64,000 nucleotides of DNA from Myxococcota bacterium (GCA_965247115.1 CBDFGR010000002.1:1632001-1696000); one strand, 5' to 3'; counted from the first letter of the stretch, positions 39,332 through 48,612 are shown. The notes: generated by a model not told the origin, from the sequence alone. Program-made: numbers and translations.

Positions 39332-40457
39332 GCAGCTCGAAGTGCTCGAGGAACGCGCGGAACTGCCGCTTCTTGTCGAATTGCTCCACCATGAACGTTC
39401 TCGCACGCTCTGACATGCGGCGGTACCCATCTCGGTCCGACCAGACCCGGTCGATCGCGTTCGCCAGCGCAGCCTCGTCACCCGGCTCCACCGTGTACCC
39501 CGTCTCGCCTTCGAGGACGACTTCGGACACGCCAGCCAGCTGGCTCGCGACGACGGGCACCGACATGGACATCGCCTCGAGCAGTACGTTGGGCAGCCCC
39601 TCTTTGTACAGGCTCGGCAGCACCAGCACGTCGAGCAGCTCGAAGACGTGGACGGGCTCCGACGTGAAGGGGAAGAGGTGGACCGCGTCGTCGAGCCCGA
39701 GCTCCGCGACCTTCTCTCGCAGCATGGCCTCGTCCGGTCCGTCTCCCACCAGGACCAGGTGAGCGTCTGGCTGTCGCGCGCGAAGCCTCCGCAAGGCCTC
39801 GAGCAGCACGGCCTGTCCCTTGCGGGGTTCGAACGAACCGACCGAGCCGAGGACCGGACCAGCACTCTCCGGGAGGGGGTAGCGCGCTCTGGCGACGGTC
39901 TGGCGCTCCGAATTTCGCGTGAAGCGGTCTACATCGGTGCCCTGGTAGACGAGCCCCACGTCCGTCTCCGGGATGTCGTAGGTCTGGATGAGGGCCTCGC
40001 GCGTGAAGCGCGTGATGGCGATCACGGCATAGTGGATCTCCGGATCGGGAGCGTAGAAGCGCCGCTCGTACTCGGGGACGATCGTGCCCGTCTTCGGCAC
40101 GAGGATCGTGTCGAGAGCAGCCTCGCGCAGACAGCGCGCAGCGAAGACCGAGCAGTGAAAGCCGTCGCGAGGAGGATGAACGGTGCAGACGGCCACGTCA
40201 CAGCCGCGCATCGCCTCGCTCCAGATCTCCCGATACGGTCCGCTCGCCGCGTCATCCTGGGCTGCGGCCGAGATACCCGACCAGTCGTAGGTGACGACTC
40301 GAACGTCGAGCCCGCTGCACTCTCGGGCCACATAGCCGGTCTCCGGCGTGAGTACGGTCACCTCGTGCCCGGCACCCGAGAAGCTCTGCGCGGCCTCCGT
40401 CACCCAGATCTGGGTGCCCCCGTGCAGGTCCGTGTCTTCGATGAAGCAGATGTGCAT
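39303..40457 (-). CDS. Glycosyltransferase family 4
   Basis: HGGTQ, VGSFEPRKGQ, VGDGP, PSLYKEGLPNVLLEAM (E-X7-E). Confidence 0.9.
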   Translation of the reverse strand: MHICFIEDTDLHGGTQIWVTEAAQSFSGAGHEVTVLTPETGYVARECSGLDVRVVTYDWSGISAAAQDDAASGPYREIWSEAMRGCDVAVCTVHPPRDGFHCSVFAARCLREAALDTILVPKTGTIVPEYERRFYAPDPEIHYAVIAITRFTREALIQTYDIPETDVGLVYQGTDVDRFTRNSERQTVARARYPLPESAGPVLGSVGSFEPRKGQAVLLEALRRLRARQPDAHLVLVGDGPDEAMLREKVAELGLDDAVHLFPFTSEPVHVFELLDVLVLPSLYKEGLPNVLLEAMSMSVPVVASQLAGVSEVVLEGETGYTVEPGDEAALANAIDRVWSDRDGYRRMSERARTFMVEQFDKKRQFRAFLEHFELLTERFAAHP

Positions 40458-40458
40458 G

Positions 40459-42192
40459 CTAGGTCGTCCTCATCAGGTGCTCGAGCAAGTCGTGGAAGCT
40501 CGCCCGCAGAGTGGCCATCCCGTAGCGGCCGTGCGCGGCGCGCCGTCCGACCGCGAGCGAGGCCGTTCTGCTCGCCGGATCCCACAGGCAATCCGTCAGC
40601 GCCGCAAGCGTGGGTGCATCGACCACGTCCGCCGGACCCTGCAACTCGGGGAACGGGAGAACCACAAGGCGCTGATCGGGTGAAAGATGCGCCCCGACTA
40701 CGTCGTCGAACACCTCGGTGGGCGCGTAGCGGCTGCAGACGATTGGAACGCCGACAGCGTTCGACTCCACGATGGGCAGTCCACGACCCTCGGTTTCGCT
40801 CGGCAGCAGCACGAGGTTGGCCATCCGATAGATCCCGCAGATGTCGAGCGCCGAGAGCCCCGACCTCGAGAGCGCAGGGTGATCCTCAAGCCCGACGGAG
40901 AAGGCGAGGAACAGCCGCTCCGCGCTCCCGTCTGGGAGCCGCGCGCACAGCTCTGTGTAGCTGCGTATCACGCTGCGAAGATCGGCCTCGTGCTCGATCG
41001 GGACGGGCCCCGTGATGTGGAGTGTTAGGGTCGTGTTCGGATCGGCCTCGAAGCGGCTGCGGAAGGGCTCGTGCTCGAGCAGCGCCCCCACCAGCCACCA
41101 ATCGCGCTCGATGCGCTTGCGGGCGATGATCCGCGTGGGCTGAAGCAGGTACAGGGCCCGCTCGCTCGTGATGTCGAGCTCCAGCCCCCCGCGGATGCCG
41201 CACACGACCGGCACTTGATTCCCCATCCAGCTCGGGAGCCCAGCGACATGCTCCTCGACCGAGACGGGCTGGATCGTCGGGTGTCCGTCGGAGAGGATGT
41301 AGGCCATCCGCGCTCGGGCGGAGCGTCGAGCATCCCGATCCCACGGCGAGAAGAAGTCTTCGGAAAGCCCGGTGCCGAGCTCGGAGACGCGCTCGCTCGC
41401 CAGACCGTACTCCTCTACGAGCCGCTGCGACTGAAGGCGGTTGATGTTGACCTGCAGCCAGCGTCGACCATTCCAGGGCAGGAGCGCCTGGAAGACGCGG
41501 AAGAAGGCGCGATTGGAGCGGTTTCGAAAGAAGTGGTCGCGCAGCCCGGGCCCCACGCCGGCGCTCTGTTCCGTCGCAGGGCGCCCACCCTCCCAGTAGA
41601 AGTCGTGGTTCGAGTTGATGACGTAGCTGCCGCTGAGCTCGGAAGCCACCACGAGGGCGAGGGCGTAGGCGAGATTTCCCGGGTTCGAATTGACGTTGAC
41701 GACGACCAGCAGGCGGATGTCATGCTCGCGCAGGTACTCGTAGAGCGAGCGAGTGAGCGCGAGGGCCTGGCGCCAGATCTCCGTCGCCAGCTGCGCGGAG
41801 TCTGCGCTGCCTTCCGCCATCTCTTCGTAGAAGAGCTTCTCGAACCAGGCCCCGTGTTCCCACTTTGCCCAGCCGTTCGCGTTGTGGAGTTGGCAGCGCA
41901 GCCAGCGCTCCGAGACGACCGAGTCCGCCTGCGGATGGAAGTCCCCTCCGATCAGATGAATCGTGGGCGTGACGCCCTGCTCCAAGGCCAGCGCCTCGAG
42001 GCAGTGCGCGTACTTGCCGATCTCGATCGAGACGCCGTCGATCCCGTAGTCGAAGGTCGCGAAGGCCGCGCTTCGGGCGAGCTCTTCTCCGCCTGCGCGG
42101 GGTACGTCGACGGCACCGAGCCCGGAGAGGACCGTGCCGATGTCTTCCCAGCTCGTGACCGAGAGCTGCTCGAGCTGTTCGAGCGTTGCCAC
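40459..42192 (-). CDS. GT4-fold glycosyltransferase resembling mannosylglucosylglycerate-synthase-type enzymes
   Basis: GIDGVSIEIGKY, NHDFYWEG, LLQPTRIIARKRIE, LPSETEGRGLPIVE. Confidence 0.65.
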   Translation of the reverse strand: MATLEQLEQLSVTSWEDIGTVLSGLGAVDVPRAGGEELARSAAFATFDYGIDGVSIEIGKYAHCLEALALEQGVTPTIHLIGGDFHPQADSVVSERWLRCQLHNANGWAKWEHGAWFEKLFYEEMAEGSADSAQLATEIWRQALALTRSLYEYLREHDIRLLVVVNVNSNPGNLAYALALVVASELSGSYVINSNHDFYWEGGRPATEQSAGVGPGLRDHFFRNRSNRAFFRVFQALLPWNGRRWLQVNINRLQSQRLVEEYGLASERVSELGTGLSEDFFSPWDRDARRSARARMAYILSDGHPTIQPVSVEEHVAGLPSWMGNQVPVVCGIRGGLELDITSERALYLLQPTRIIARKRIERDWWLVGALLEHEPFRSRFEADPNTTLTLHITGPVPIEHEADLRSVIRSYTELCARLPDGSAERLFLAFSVGLEDHPALSRSGLSALDICGIYRMANLVLLPSETEGRGLPIVESNAVGVPIVCSRYAPTEVFDDVVGAHLSPDQRLVVLPFPELQGPADVVDAPTLAALTDCLWDPASRTASLAVGRRAAHGRYGMATLRASFHDLLEHLMRTT

Positions 42193-42225
42193 CGTGCGGA
42201 TGGTAACCGAGTCCCCTCGAGGATA

Positions 42226-42567
42226 TTACGAGATGGCTGCCGACCCCCGTTCACCGGTCCGGATGCGTAGGGCGTCCCCGACCTCGGTGACGAAGATCTT
42301 CCCGTCGCCAATGCGGCCCGTCTGACAGGCCTTGGTGAGAACGTTCAGCACCGTCTCGAGCCTATCCTCGTGCACAACGAGGTCGAGCTCGAGCTTCGGG
42401 AGCATGTCCACCACGTACTCCGCTCCGCGGTAGACCTCCGTCTGTCCCTTCTGTCTGCCGTAGCCCCTTACCTGGGTCACCGTGATGCCCTCGATCCCGA
42501 TCTCCGCAAGCGCCGCCTTCGCGTCGTCGAGCTTGAACGGCTTGATGATGGCTTCGATGCGCCGCAC
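42226..42567 (-). CDS. glnB: Nitrogen regulatory protein P-II
   Basis: 113 aa from GTG 42567: AIIKPFKLD, GYGRQKG, YRGAEY (Tyr51), TGRIGDGKIFV, IRTGERG. Confidence 0.95.
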   Translation of the reverse strand: MRRIEAIIKPFKLDDAKAALAEIGIEGITVTQVRGYGRQKGQTEVYRGAEYVVDMLPKLELDLVVHEDRLETVLNVLTKACQTGRIGDGKIFVTEVGDALRIRTGERGSAAIS

Positions 42568-42579
42568 GCTCAGACGCAG

Positions 42580-42595
42580 AGCAAGCTCCGTACCA
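42580..42595 (-). promoter_or_regulatory. sigma54 -24/-12 promoter of glnB
   Basis: TGGTACGGAGCTTGCT (GG-N10-GC). Confidence 0.75.
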
Positions 42596-42770
42596 GCGCA
42601 AGGAGCGCTCGAGCGGCGGTAGGGCGCGCCTCGGCTGGCGGTCTGCTTGTAGCGCAAGCGGCCCTGCCCAGATCTTCGGCAGGGCGGCCCGAGGCGCACC
42701 CGCAGGCCAAGCCCGGAGTAAGATGAGAGGCGCTCAGAGTCCTGCTCCCGCTTCGCAAGGGCTGAAGCTG

Positions 42771-44282
42771 TTGGAAGAAAAGCTGATTCAAGACGTTCTC
42801 GAGGCGCGCGCACAGGCGCTGGATGACGCGCGCCCCGAAGCCGTTGCGAGGGCGCATGCGGACGGGCAGCTGACCGCGAGGGAGAGGCTCGGCTTGCTTC
42901 TGGACTCCGGGAGCTTCGTCGAGTACGGCGTGCTCGCGGGAGCCACATCGCACCCGTCCGACGACTCACCCGCCGACGGACTCGTGGCCGGGGCGGGGCG
43001 GATTGCGGGCCAGCCGGTCGTGGCGGCGTCTTACGATCGGACCGTGCGTGGCGGGACGCAGAGCGACCGCAACCAACGCAAGCTCGCGCGCCTGATCTTC
43101 CTGGCCAACACCCACCGCTGGCCCTTAGTCTGCTTCGTCGACGGCGACGGCGCCCGTCCCGACGATCCACAGCCGGGGCCGCCGATCATCGTGGCGATGC
43201 GCGGTCGCTGGGACCTGTATGACGGGCTTGCCGAGCTGTCTGGCTGGGCGCCCACCGTCGCGGTCGTCTCGGGACGTGCTCTCGACGGGAACGCGGGCAT
43301 TGCCATGCTCTCGGACTACGTGGTGGCCACGCGGGGCTCGAGCCTCGGCTCATGGGAGGCCTCGGGCTCGGCGCGGCCGGTTCTGCGCCCCGTCGAGGAC
43401 TACGCCCGCAGTGGGAACCTCGATCTCGTCGTCGACGATGAGCACGCGGCGATCGCTGCGGTCCGCAGCTACTTGTCGTACTACCTGGAGGAGCTCCCGT
43501 CTGGCGAGCCGTCGCTGACGCACGACTCCATCGGCACGATCATCCCCGAGAATCGCCGGCGACCGTACGACATGCGCCGGATCATCACGGCTTTTGCGGA
43601 TGCTGGCAGCGTGTTCGAGCTGCGCCCGGATTGGGGCCGGTCCATGCTGACGGTGCTGGCGCGGCTGGGAGGGCGATCGGTCGGGATCTTCGCGAACCAG
43701 ACCAACTCGCCCCGTGCGGGCGCGATCGATGCAGATGCAGCGGACAAGTCAGCTAGATTCATCGAGCTGTGCGACGCGTACGAGTTTCCGCTGATCTCGT
43801 TCGTCGACAATCCCGGCTACATGGTGGGCCCACAGGCCGAGGCGGAGGGCATCGCCCGTCACCACGCTCGGCCGCTCGCAGCACTGCACCACCGCACGGT
43901 GCCGCTCTACTCGGTGCAGCTGCGCAAGGCGTACGGCCTGGGCCCGTACGCGATGTCCGGGTTCGGAACCAGTCGGCTCGCGCCTGACCTGCGCCTCGCC
44001 TGGCCGTCAGTAGAGTCTGGCGGGATGTCACTCGAGGGTGCGGCCTACCTCGTGCGGCGGAAGGAGATCCTCGCGGCAGAGTCGCCGGGGGAGGCACTCG
44101 CGATCCGCAACGAGTACGCCGAGGGCATGCGGGACCTGGCCTCGGGTCTGCGCGCCGGGCGGACGTTCGCCTTCGACGACATCATCGAGCCCTCGGAGAC
44201 CCGCGGCCGGATCCTGGCCATGCTGGAGCGCGTGCCTCGCTCGTTCGGCCCGAAGAAGAAGCATCCCATCGATCCGCGCTAG
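42771..44282 (+). CDS. Acyl-CoA carboxylase carboxyltransferase-domain protein (paralog 1)
   Basis: LTARERL..LLDSGSFVEYG, PADG, RRPYDMR, DKSARF, VDNPGYMVGP, LRKAYG; start uncertain (42723 or 42771). Confidence 0.85.
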   Translation: MEEKLIQDVLEARAQALDDARPEAVARAHADGQLTARERLGLLLDSGSFVEYGVLAGATSHPSDDSPADGLVAGAGRIAGQPVVAASYDRTVRGGTQSDRNQRKLARLIFLANTHRWPLVCFVDGDGARPDDPQPGPPIIVAMRGRWDLYDGLAELSGWAPTVAVVSGRALDGNAGIAMLSDYVVATRGSSLGSWEASGSARPVLRPVEDYARSGNLDLVVDDEHAAIAAVRSYLSYYLEELPSGEPSLTHDSIGTIIPENRRRPYDMRRIITAFADAGSVFELRPDWGRSMLTVLARLGGRSVGIFANQTNSPRAGAIDADAADKSARFIELCDAYEFPLISFVDNPGYMVGPQAEAEGIARHHARPLAALHHRTVPLYSVQLRKAYGLGPYAMSGFGTSRLAPDLRLAWPSVESGGMSLEGAAYLVRRKEILAAESPGEALAIRNEYAEGMRDLASGLRAGRTFAFDDIIEPSETRGRILAMLERVPRSFGPKKKHPIDPR

Positions 44283-44303
44283 GCGGGAAGCAGGGAACAC
44301 GAC

Positions 44304-45737
44304 GTGGACCAGAAGAGCATCGACGCCCTGCTGGAGGCCCGGGGGGAACGTTCCGATTCCGCACGTTCGGATGCGGTGGCCGCGATGCGTGCCAGTGGGC
44401 GCATGACGGCACGGGAACGCATGCACGCGCTCCTCGATCCTGGATCCGAGGTGGAGTACGGAGCGATCGCGGCGCAGACCCGCGAGGGCGCGTGGGTGCC
44501 AGAGGCGGGCGGCGTCGACTTCGTTGGTACCATCGACGGCCAGGTCGTGGTCGCGTCGTCCACGGACTACACCGATCACGGCGGGGGCTACGGTGCGGGA
44601 AAGCTGACGCGGCTCTTCGCCCTCGCCCATGATCAGCGCTGGCCGCTGGTCTTCTTCGTCGACGGTGGTGGGAGCCGGGCAAGGCACCCGCGCAGCGGGA
44701 TGAAGCACATCGAGGTGAGCGGACCGATCGGCCGGTTCGGCCTGTTTGACGGCATGGCGGAGCTCTCCGGCTGGATTCCGACAGTCGCCATCGTGTCGGG
44801 GCCCTCGTTTGCCGGTCACGCGAGCCTCGCGGCCTTCTCGGACTTCCTGATCGCCACGCGCGGCTCGTCGATCGGGATGGGCGGGCCGCCGATGGTAGAA
44901 GCCGCGCTGGGCGTGCGACTCACCCCTTCCGAGCTCGCGGGCGTCGACATGCACGACAGGTCTGGCGGGATCGATCTGCTGGTCGACGACGAGCCCGCCG
45001 CCATTGCGGCGGCGCGCCGCTACCTCGGCTTCTATCGGGATCAGCCATCGGGCGAGCCTTCCACCGCTGCCGGCGAGGTTCGTTCGACTGTGCCCGACGA
45101 GGGTGCCTACGACATGCGCGATGTGATCGAGGCGCTCGTGGATGCGGACAGCGCGTTCGAGCTGCGGCCGAGCTTCGGGCAGAGTCTGATCACCGTTTTG
45201 GCTCGCATGGACGGGCGCTCGGTCGGCGTCCTCGCGAATCAACCCAGCATCGACGACGGCGCGATCGACGAGAGCGCGGCGATCAAGATCGCCCGCTTCG
45301 TCGAGCTCTGTGACGCCTACGAGTATCCGATCCTGTCCCTCATCGACACACCGGGCTTCGTCACGCGCTGGAGCTCTGGCGAGGGAGGGAACGACGTTGC
45401 GGTTGAACCCGGCATGACCCGCTACCACGCGCGCACGCTGATGGCCCACCACCACCGCACAGTCCCCCTCTTCAGCGTGCAGATCCGTCGTGGCTTCGGT
45501 CTGGGGCCGTTCGCGATGTCAGGCTACGGCGACTCGCACGGTGTCTCGGCCATGCGCCTGGCATGGCCCACGGTCGAGGTCGGACGGGTGGACGGCTTCT
45601 CGGCTTCGCAGAGCCAGAATCCGTTCGACGACGTGGTCGATCCCGCAGAGACCCGTGAGCGGATCATCCGGGTCCTCCGTCACATCAAGCGCACGCTCGA
45701 TCAGCCGCAGAAGAAGCAGCCGATCGATACCTGGTAG
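44304..45737 (+). CDS. Acyl-CoA carboxylase carboxyltransferase-domain protein (paralog 2)
   Basis: MTARERM..LLDPGS, IGMGGP, YDMRDVI, IDTPGF, DDVVDPAETRE, KKQPIDTW. Confidence 0.85.
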   Translation: MDQKSIDALLEARGERSDSARSDAVAAMRASGRMTARERMHALLDPGSEVEYGAIAAQTREGAWVPEAGGVDFVGTIDGQVVVASSTDYTDHGGGYGAGKLTRLFALAHDQRWPLVFFVDGGGSRARHPRSGMKHIEVSGPIGRFGLFDGMAELSGWIPTVAIVSGPSFAGHASLAAFSDFLIATRGSSIGMGGPPMVEAALGVRLTPSELAGVDMHDRSGGIDLLVDDEPAAIAAARRYLGFYRDQPSGEPSTAAGEVRSTVPDEGAYDMRDVIEALVDADSAFELRPSFGQSLITVLARMDGRSVGVLANQPSIDDGAIDESAAIKIARFVELCDAYEYPILSLIDTPGFVTRWSSGEGGNDVAVEPGMTRYHARTLMAHHHRTVPLFSVQIRRGFGLGPFAMSGYGDSHGVSAMRLAWPTVEVGRVDGFSASQSQNPFDDVVDPAETRERIIRVLRHIKRTLDQPQKKQPIDTW

Positions 45738-45752
45738 GTGCGAGCAACAGTC

Positions 45753-46367
45753 TCAGAACACCTGGATTCCGAAGCTCGGGTTGTCGCACGGGCCGACCTG
45801 GTGACGCATCGGCACGGGGGCCCCGGCGCTCTGACTAAGCTCGGGGTTCAGTACCTGGTTGCAGCCCTGGGTCGCGGCGATCGCAAAGTTGTTCCCAGGG
45901 TCGGGCTCCTGGAAGCCCCAGAGGTTGATGCTCCCGTCCCCGTCGATGTCCGATTCGCCTACGGCGAAGAACTGGTTGGCCGGTGCATTCGTCGTCACGA
46001 TGTAGTTGTAGTAGACGTCGCCTTCGGGGAACCAGCCGATAAAGCAGTAGCCTGGATCTCCGAACTGGGGAGGCGTGTTGGGACACAAGGTCATCGGCCT
46101 CTTCAGCGCGCTTGGGGGAGCCGCCGGGGTCAACGCCCAGGGCTGGAAGAACCCGGTCTCCGAGAAGTAGGCCTTCTGCGCGGTCCGGATCGCCGAGAGG
46201 TTGAGCCTGCCTTCGCTAGCTCTCGTGCGGAGTTGAAACTTCATCATGTTGGGGATCGCGATCGACGAGAGAATACCGATGATCGCAACGACGATCATCA
46301 GCTCGACGAGCGTGAACCCCTGCCTCTGTCTGAGGTTGGTAACCACGGAAATCATGTTGTCTCCCAT
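45753..46367 (-). CDS. pilA: Type IVa pilin
   Basis: Prepilin site RQRQG|FTLVELMIVVAIIGIL (E5), IAIPN..KFQ.R.R.SE..NL.AI.TAQKAYF, four Cys, DIDGDG. Confidence 0.9.
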   Translation of the reverse strand: MGDNMISVVTNLRQRQGFTLVELMIVVAIIGILSSIAIPNMMKFQLRTRASEGRLNLSAIRTAQKAYFSETGFFQPWALTPAAPPSALKRPMTLCPNTPPQFGDPGYCFIGWFPEGDVYYNYIVTTNAPANQFFAVGESDIDGDGSINLWGFQEPDPGNNFAIAATQGCNQVLNPELSQSAGAPVPMRHQVGPCDNPSFGIQVF

Positions 46368-46430
46368 GCCACATCTGGAAGATCCGCACCCGCAGTGACC
46401 CTCACCCGGCGCCGGACGCAGCGCCTATAG

Positions 46431-46446
46431 AGCAAGACCTATGCCG
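46431..46446 (-). promoter_or_regulatory. sigma54 promoter of pilA
   Basis: CGGCATAGGTCTTGCT (GG-N10-GC). Confidence 0.75.
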
Positions 46447-46576
46447 CCCAGCTCGCGTCTCCCTCGTACCTGCAACTACACTTGCCTCAGGCCTGACGTC
46501 CTTGTGTTCGGCGCCAATGAGCGCCTGCGGCACAACGTGGGCCAAGGCGACGAAACGCGGAGCTTTGGACGGCAAC

Positions 46577-46621
46577 GGTGACGCATCTGGTCACCCAAGT
46601 CGGCCCTAACGCACCGTGTCA
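46577..46621. promoter_or_regulatory. Tandem putative enhancer-binding-protein (PilR-like) sites
   Basis: GGTGAC-gcatctg-GTCACC palindrome and the related TAACGCACCGTGTCA 28 bp away, ~130-175 bp upstream of the sigma54 site. Confidence 0.5.
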
Positions 46622-46658
46622 TCCCGCTTCCTGCGGCGAGGAGAAGGCGGAGCTCTGA

Positions 46659-47528
46659 CTAGGTCGCAGCTTCCCTGCGCGCCTTGCGAATCTCTGCCAG
46701 GTTCGCGGCAACGCTGGGGCTGATCTCAGCAGGCTGCCACGCGCGGTAGGCGATCTTGGTATCGATGGGCCACTCGAGGTCGAGGTCGCGACGGGTCTCG
46801 GGCTCTCGCGCCTCGGCCAGCAGCCGCAGCGCGGCCTCGGTCACCTCGCGCTGCATGCCGAGGTCGTCGACCATGCCGAACGCCTGCCCGAACGGGAACT
46901 CGACGGCAAGAAAGCGTGAGACGCGCGCCTTCGTCGCCAGGTCCGGCATCATCGTCACGGTGACCGTAGGAATTCCGGCCGCCTCGATCGTACGCGCCAG
47001 CACGGGCACGTTCCGGCAGCAATCGGGTCAGGCGGGCGCGAGCAGGAGCGCGTCGACCGCGGCATCCTTGAGCCGGGTCGCGATCTCGGGACCGGTCTTC
47101 GACTGCCAGACCGCGCAACCGGCCTCCTGATAGCCCATGACGGAGTAGTTCTCGGTCGCCAGGCGGCCGATTGTGCCGTCGGCCTCGAGGGCCGCCAGGG
47201 CTCGCAGCGGCAGGGCCACGCCGACGTCCCGCTTCACGTGGTCGGTGTTGATGTGCAAGTGGGCTGCGTCGATTCGGTCCTGCGTCACGTCGCGGGGGAT
47301 CGCACGCCACGTCGGGTCTCCCCAGCTCGGCTCCCGCTTCTCTCGTTCGACGTCGAACGAAGGCTGTGTGTCGGGGAGAAAGATCCCCGCCGAGGAGAGC
47401 GCCGCGATCGTGGCCTCCGCGAGCGGCTTCTCGAAAGGCGCCCAGACGGTTCCGTCGACATCGATCTTGATGGCCTCGAACATGGGTCGAAAGCTCCTGG
47501 GCAGGAACTTGAAGCTGTCTACAGGCAT
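46659..47528 (-). CDS. Selenoprotein of the glycine/sarcosine/betaine/D-proline reductase selenoprotein B (GrdB/PrdB-like) family; 289 aa, Sec167 at TGA 47028-47030
   Basis: Two ORF-track ORFs are in the same frame, joined by GCC-TGA-CCC-GAT-TGC-TGC (A-U-P-D-C-C); family motifs KPLAEATIA..SSAG, GDPTWRAIP, LARTIEAAGIPTV, FPFG. Confidence 0.9.
46985..47027 (-). promoter_or_regulatory. Bacterial SECIS-like hairpin
   Basis: After UGA: lower stem CGAUUG/CGAUCG, upper stem ACGUGCC/GGCGCGU, loop CGUGCU (GU at loop positions 2-3); loop starts 23 nt after UGA. Confidence 0.7.
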
Positions 47529-47614
47529 GCGTTCCTCGGGTAATCGGTAGAGCTTGCTCCAATGATTGTACAGGCTCTAGATGTCCGATAGGGTCGGCGA
47601 GATCGAGTCGACAG

Positions 47615-48589
47615 GTGAAGAGCGTGATCCTCGACGACATGCTGAGTGAGCAGGAGATCATCGTTCTCGACGGTGCGGTAGCGAGCGAGATCGCGCGAAT
47701 GGGCGGAGTGATGGACGAAGTGGCCTGGTCTGCGGTGGCCAACAAGACCCACCCCGACATCGTTCGCCGCGTTCACGAGGAGTACGTTCGCGCCGGAGCG
47801 AACGTGGTCACGGCGAATAGCTTCTGGACTTGCAGACACGTACTGGAGGGCGCGGGTCTCGGTGCTGAGACCCGCGCCATCAATACGCGCGCGGTTCAGC
47901 TGGTCCGCGAGGCGGTGGAGAACGTGGGGGCCGATCGACCGGTCGCCATCGCGGGCTCCATGTCGAACAACCTCGCCTGGATCGCGGGGACGGTCAGCCC
48001 GGATCCCCGGTATGTCCCGACGCCGGCGCAGGAGGCGGCGAACTATCGCGAGCTGGCCGATAGCCTGGCAGAGGCGGGTGCCGACCTCCTCATCATGGAG
48101 ATGATGTCAGACATCGAGCAAGCGACGAGAGCTGTGCAGGCGGCTGTCGCCACAGGCCTACCGGTTTGGGTCGGCATCAGCTGCACCCTCCGAGAAGACG
48201 GCTCGGTGACCGCCTGGGACATGCAGGTAGAGGAGCCACCTGGGCGGCTCGCCGCGGACCACCGGGAGGCGCAGGAACCGGTCGCCCTCGAGCCGATCAT
48301 CGATGCTCTGATAGCACTGGGTCCCCAGGTGGTCGGCATCATGCACAGCACGGTGCGCGCAACGAGTCCGGGGCTCGACACGCTGTTCCAACGGTGGGAC
48401 GGCCCGGTGATGGCATATCCGGAAGCCGCCGATACGCACGAAGTCGAGCCCGCGGTATTCGCCGCCCACTGCCGGAGCTGGGTCGAACGCGGCGTGCAGA
48501 TCATCGGCGGTTGCTGCGGGACGACCATCCAGCACATCCGCTCCATGGTCAGCGAGCTACCGACCGCCGTCGGCCCCCGCCCCGGATAG
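47615..48589 (+). CDS. Homocysteine S-methyltransferase family protein
   Basis: VLDGA, HEEYVRAGA, IAGSMS, C-terminal IIGGCCGT. Confidence 0.88.
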   Translation: MKSVILDDMLSEQEIIVLDGAVASEIARMGGVMDEVAWSAVANKTHPDIVRRVHEEYVRAGANVVTANSFWTCRHVLEGAGLGAETRAINTRAVQLVREAVENVGADRPVAIAGSMSNNLAWIAGTVSPDPRYVPTPAQEAANYRELADSLAEAGADLLIMEMMSDIEQATRAVQAAVATGLPVWVGISCTLREDGSVTAWDMQVEEPPGRLAADHREAQEPVALEPIIDALIALGPQVVGIMHSTVRATSPGLDTLFQRWDGPVMAYPEAADTHEVEPAVFAAHCRSWVERGVQIIGGCCGTTIQHIRSMVSELPTAVGPRPG

Positions 48590-48612
48590 CAGTCACCGCC
48601 TGTCCTCTCCCG

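Noticed and set aside
45753..46316. Electrically conductive e-pilin
   Set aside because: Aromatic content is high, but mature position 24 is Met and there is a long F/Y/W-free gap; the criteria are themselves contested and no cytochromes are adjacent.
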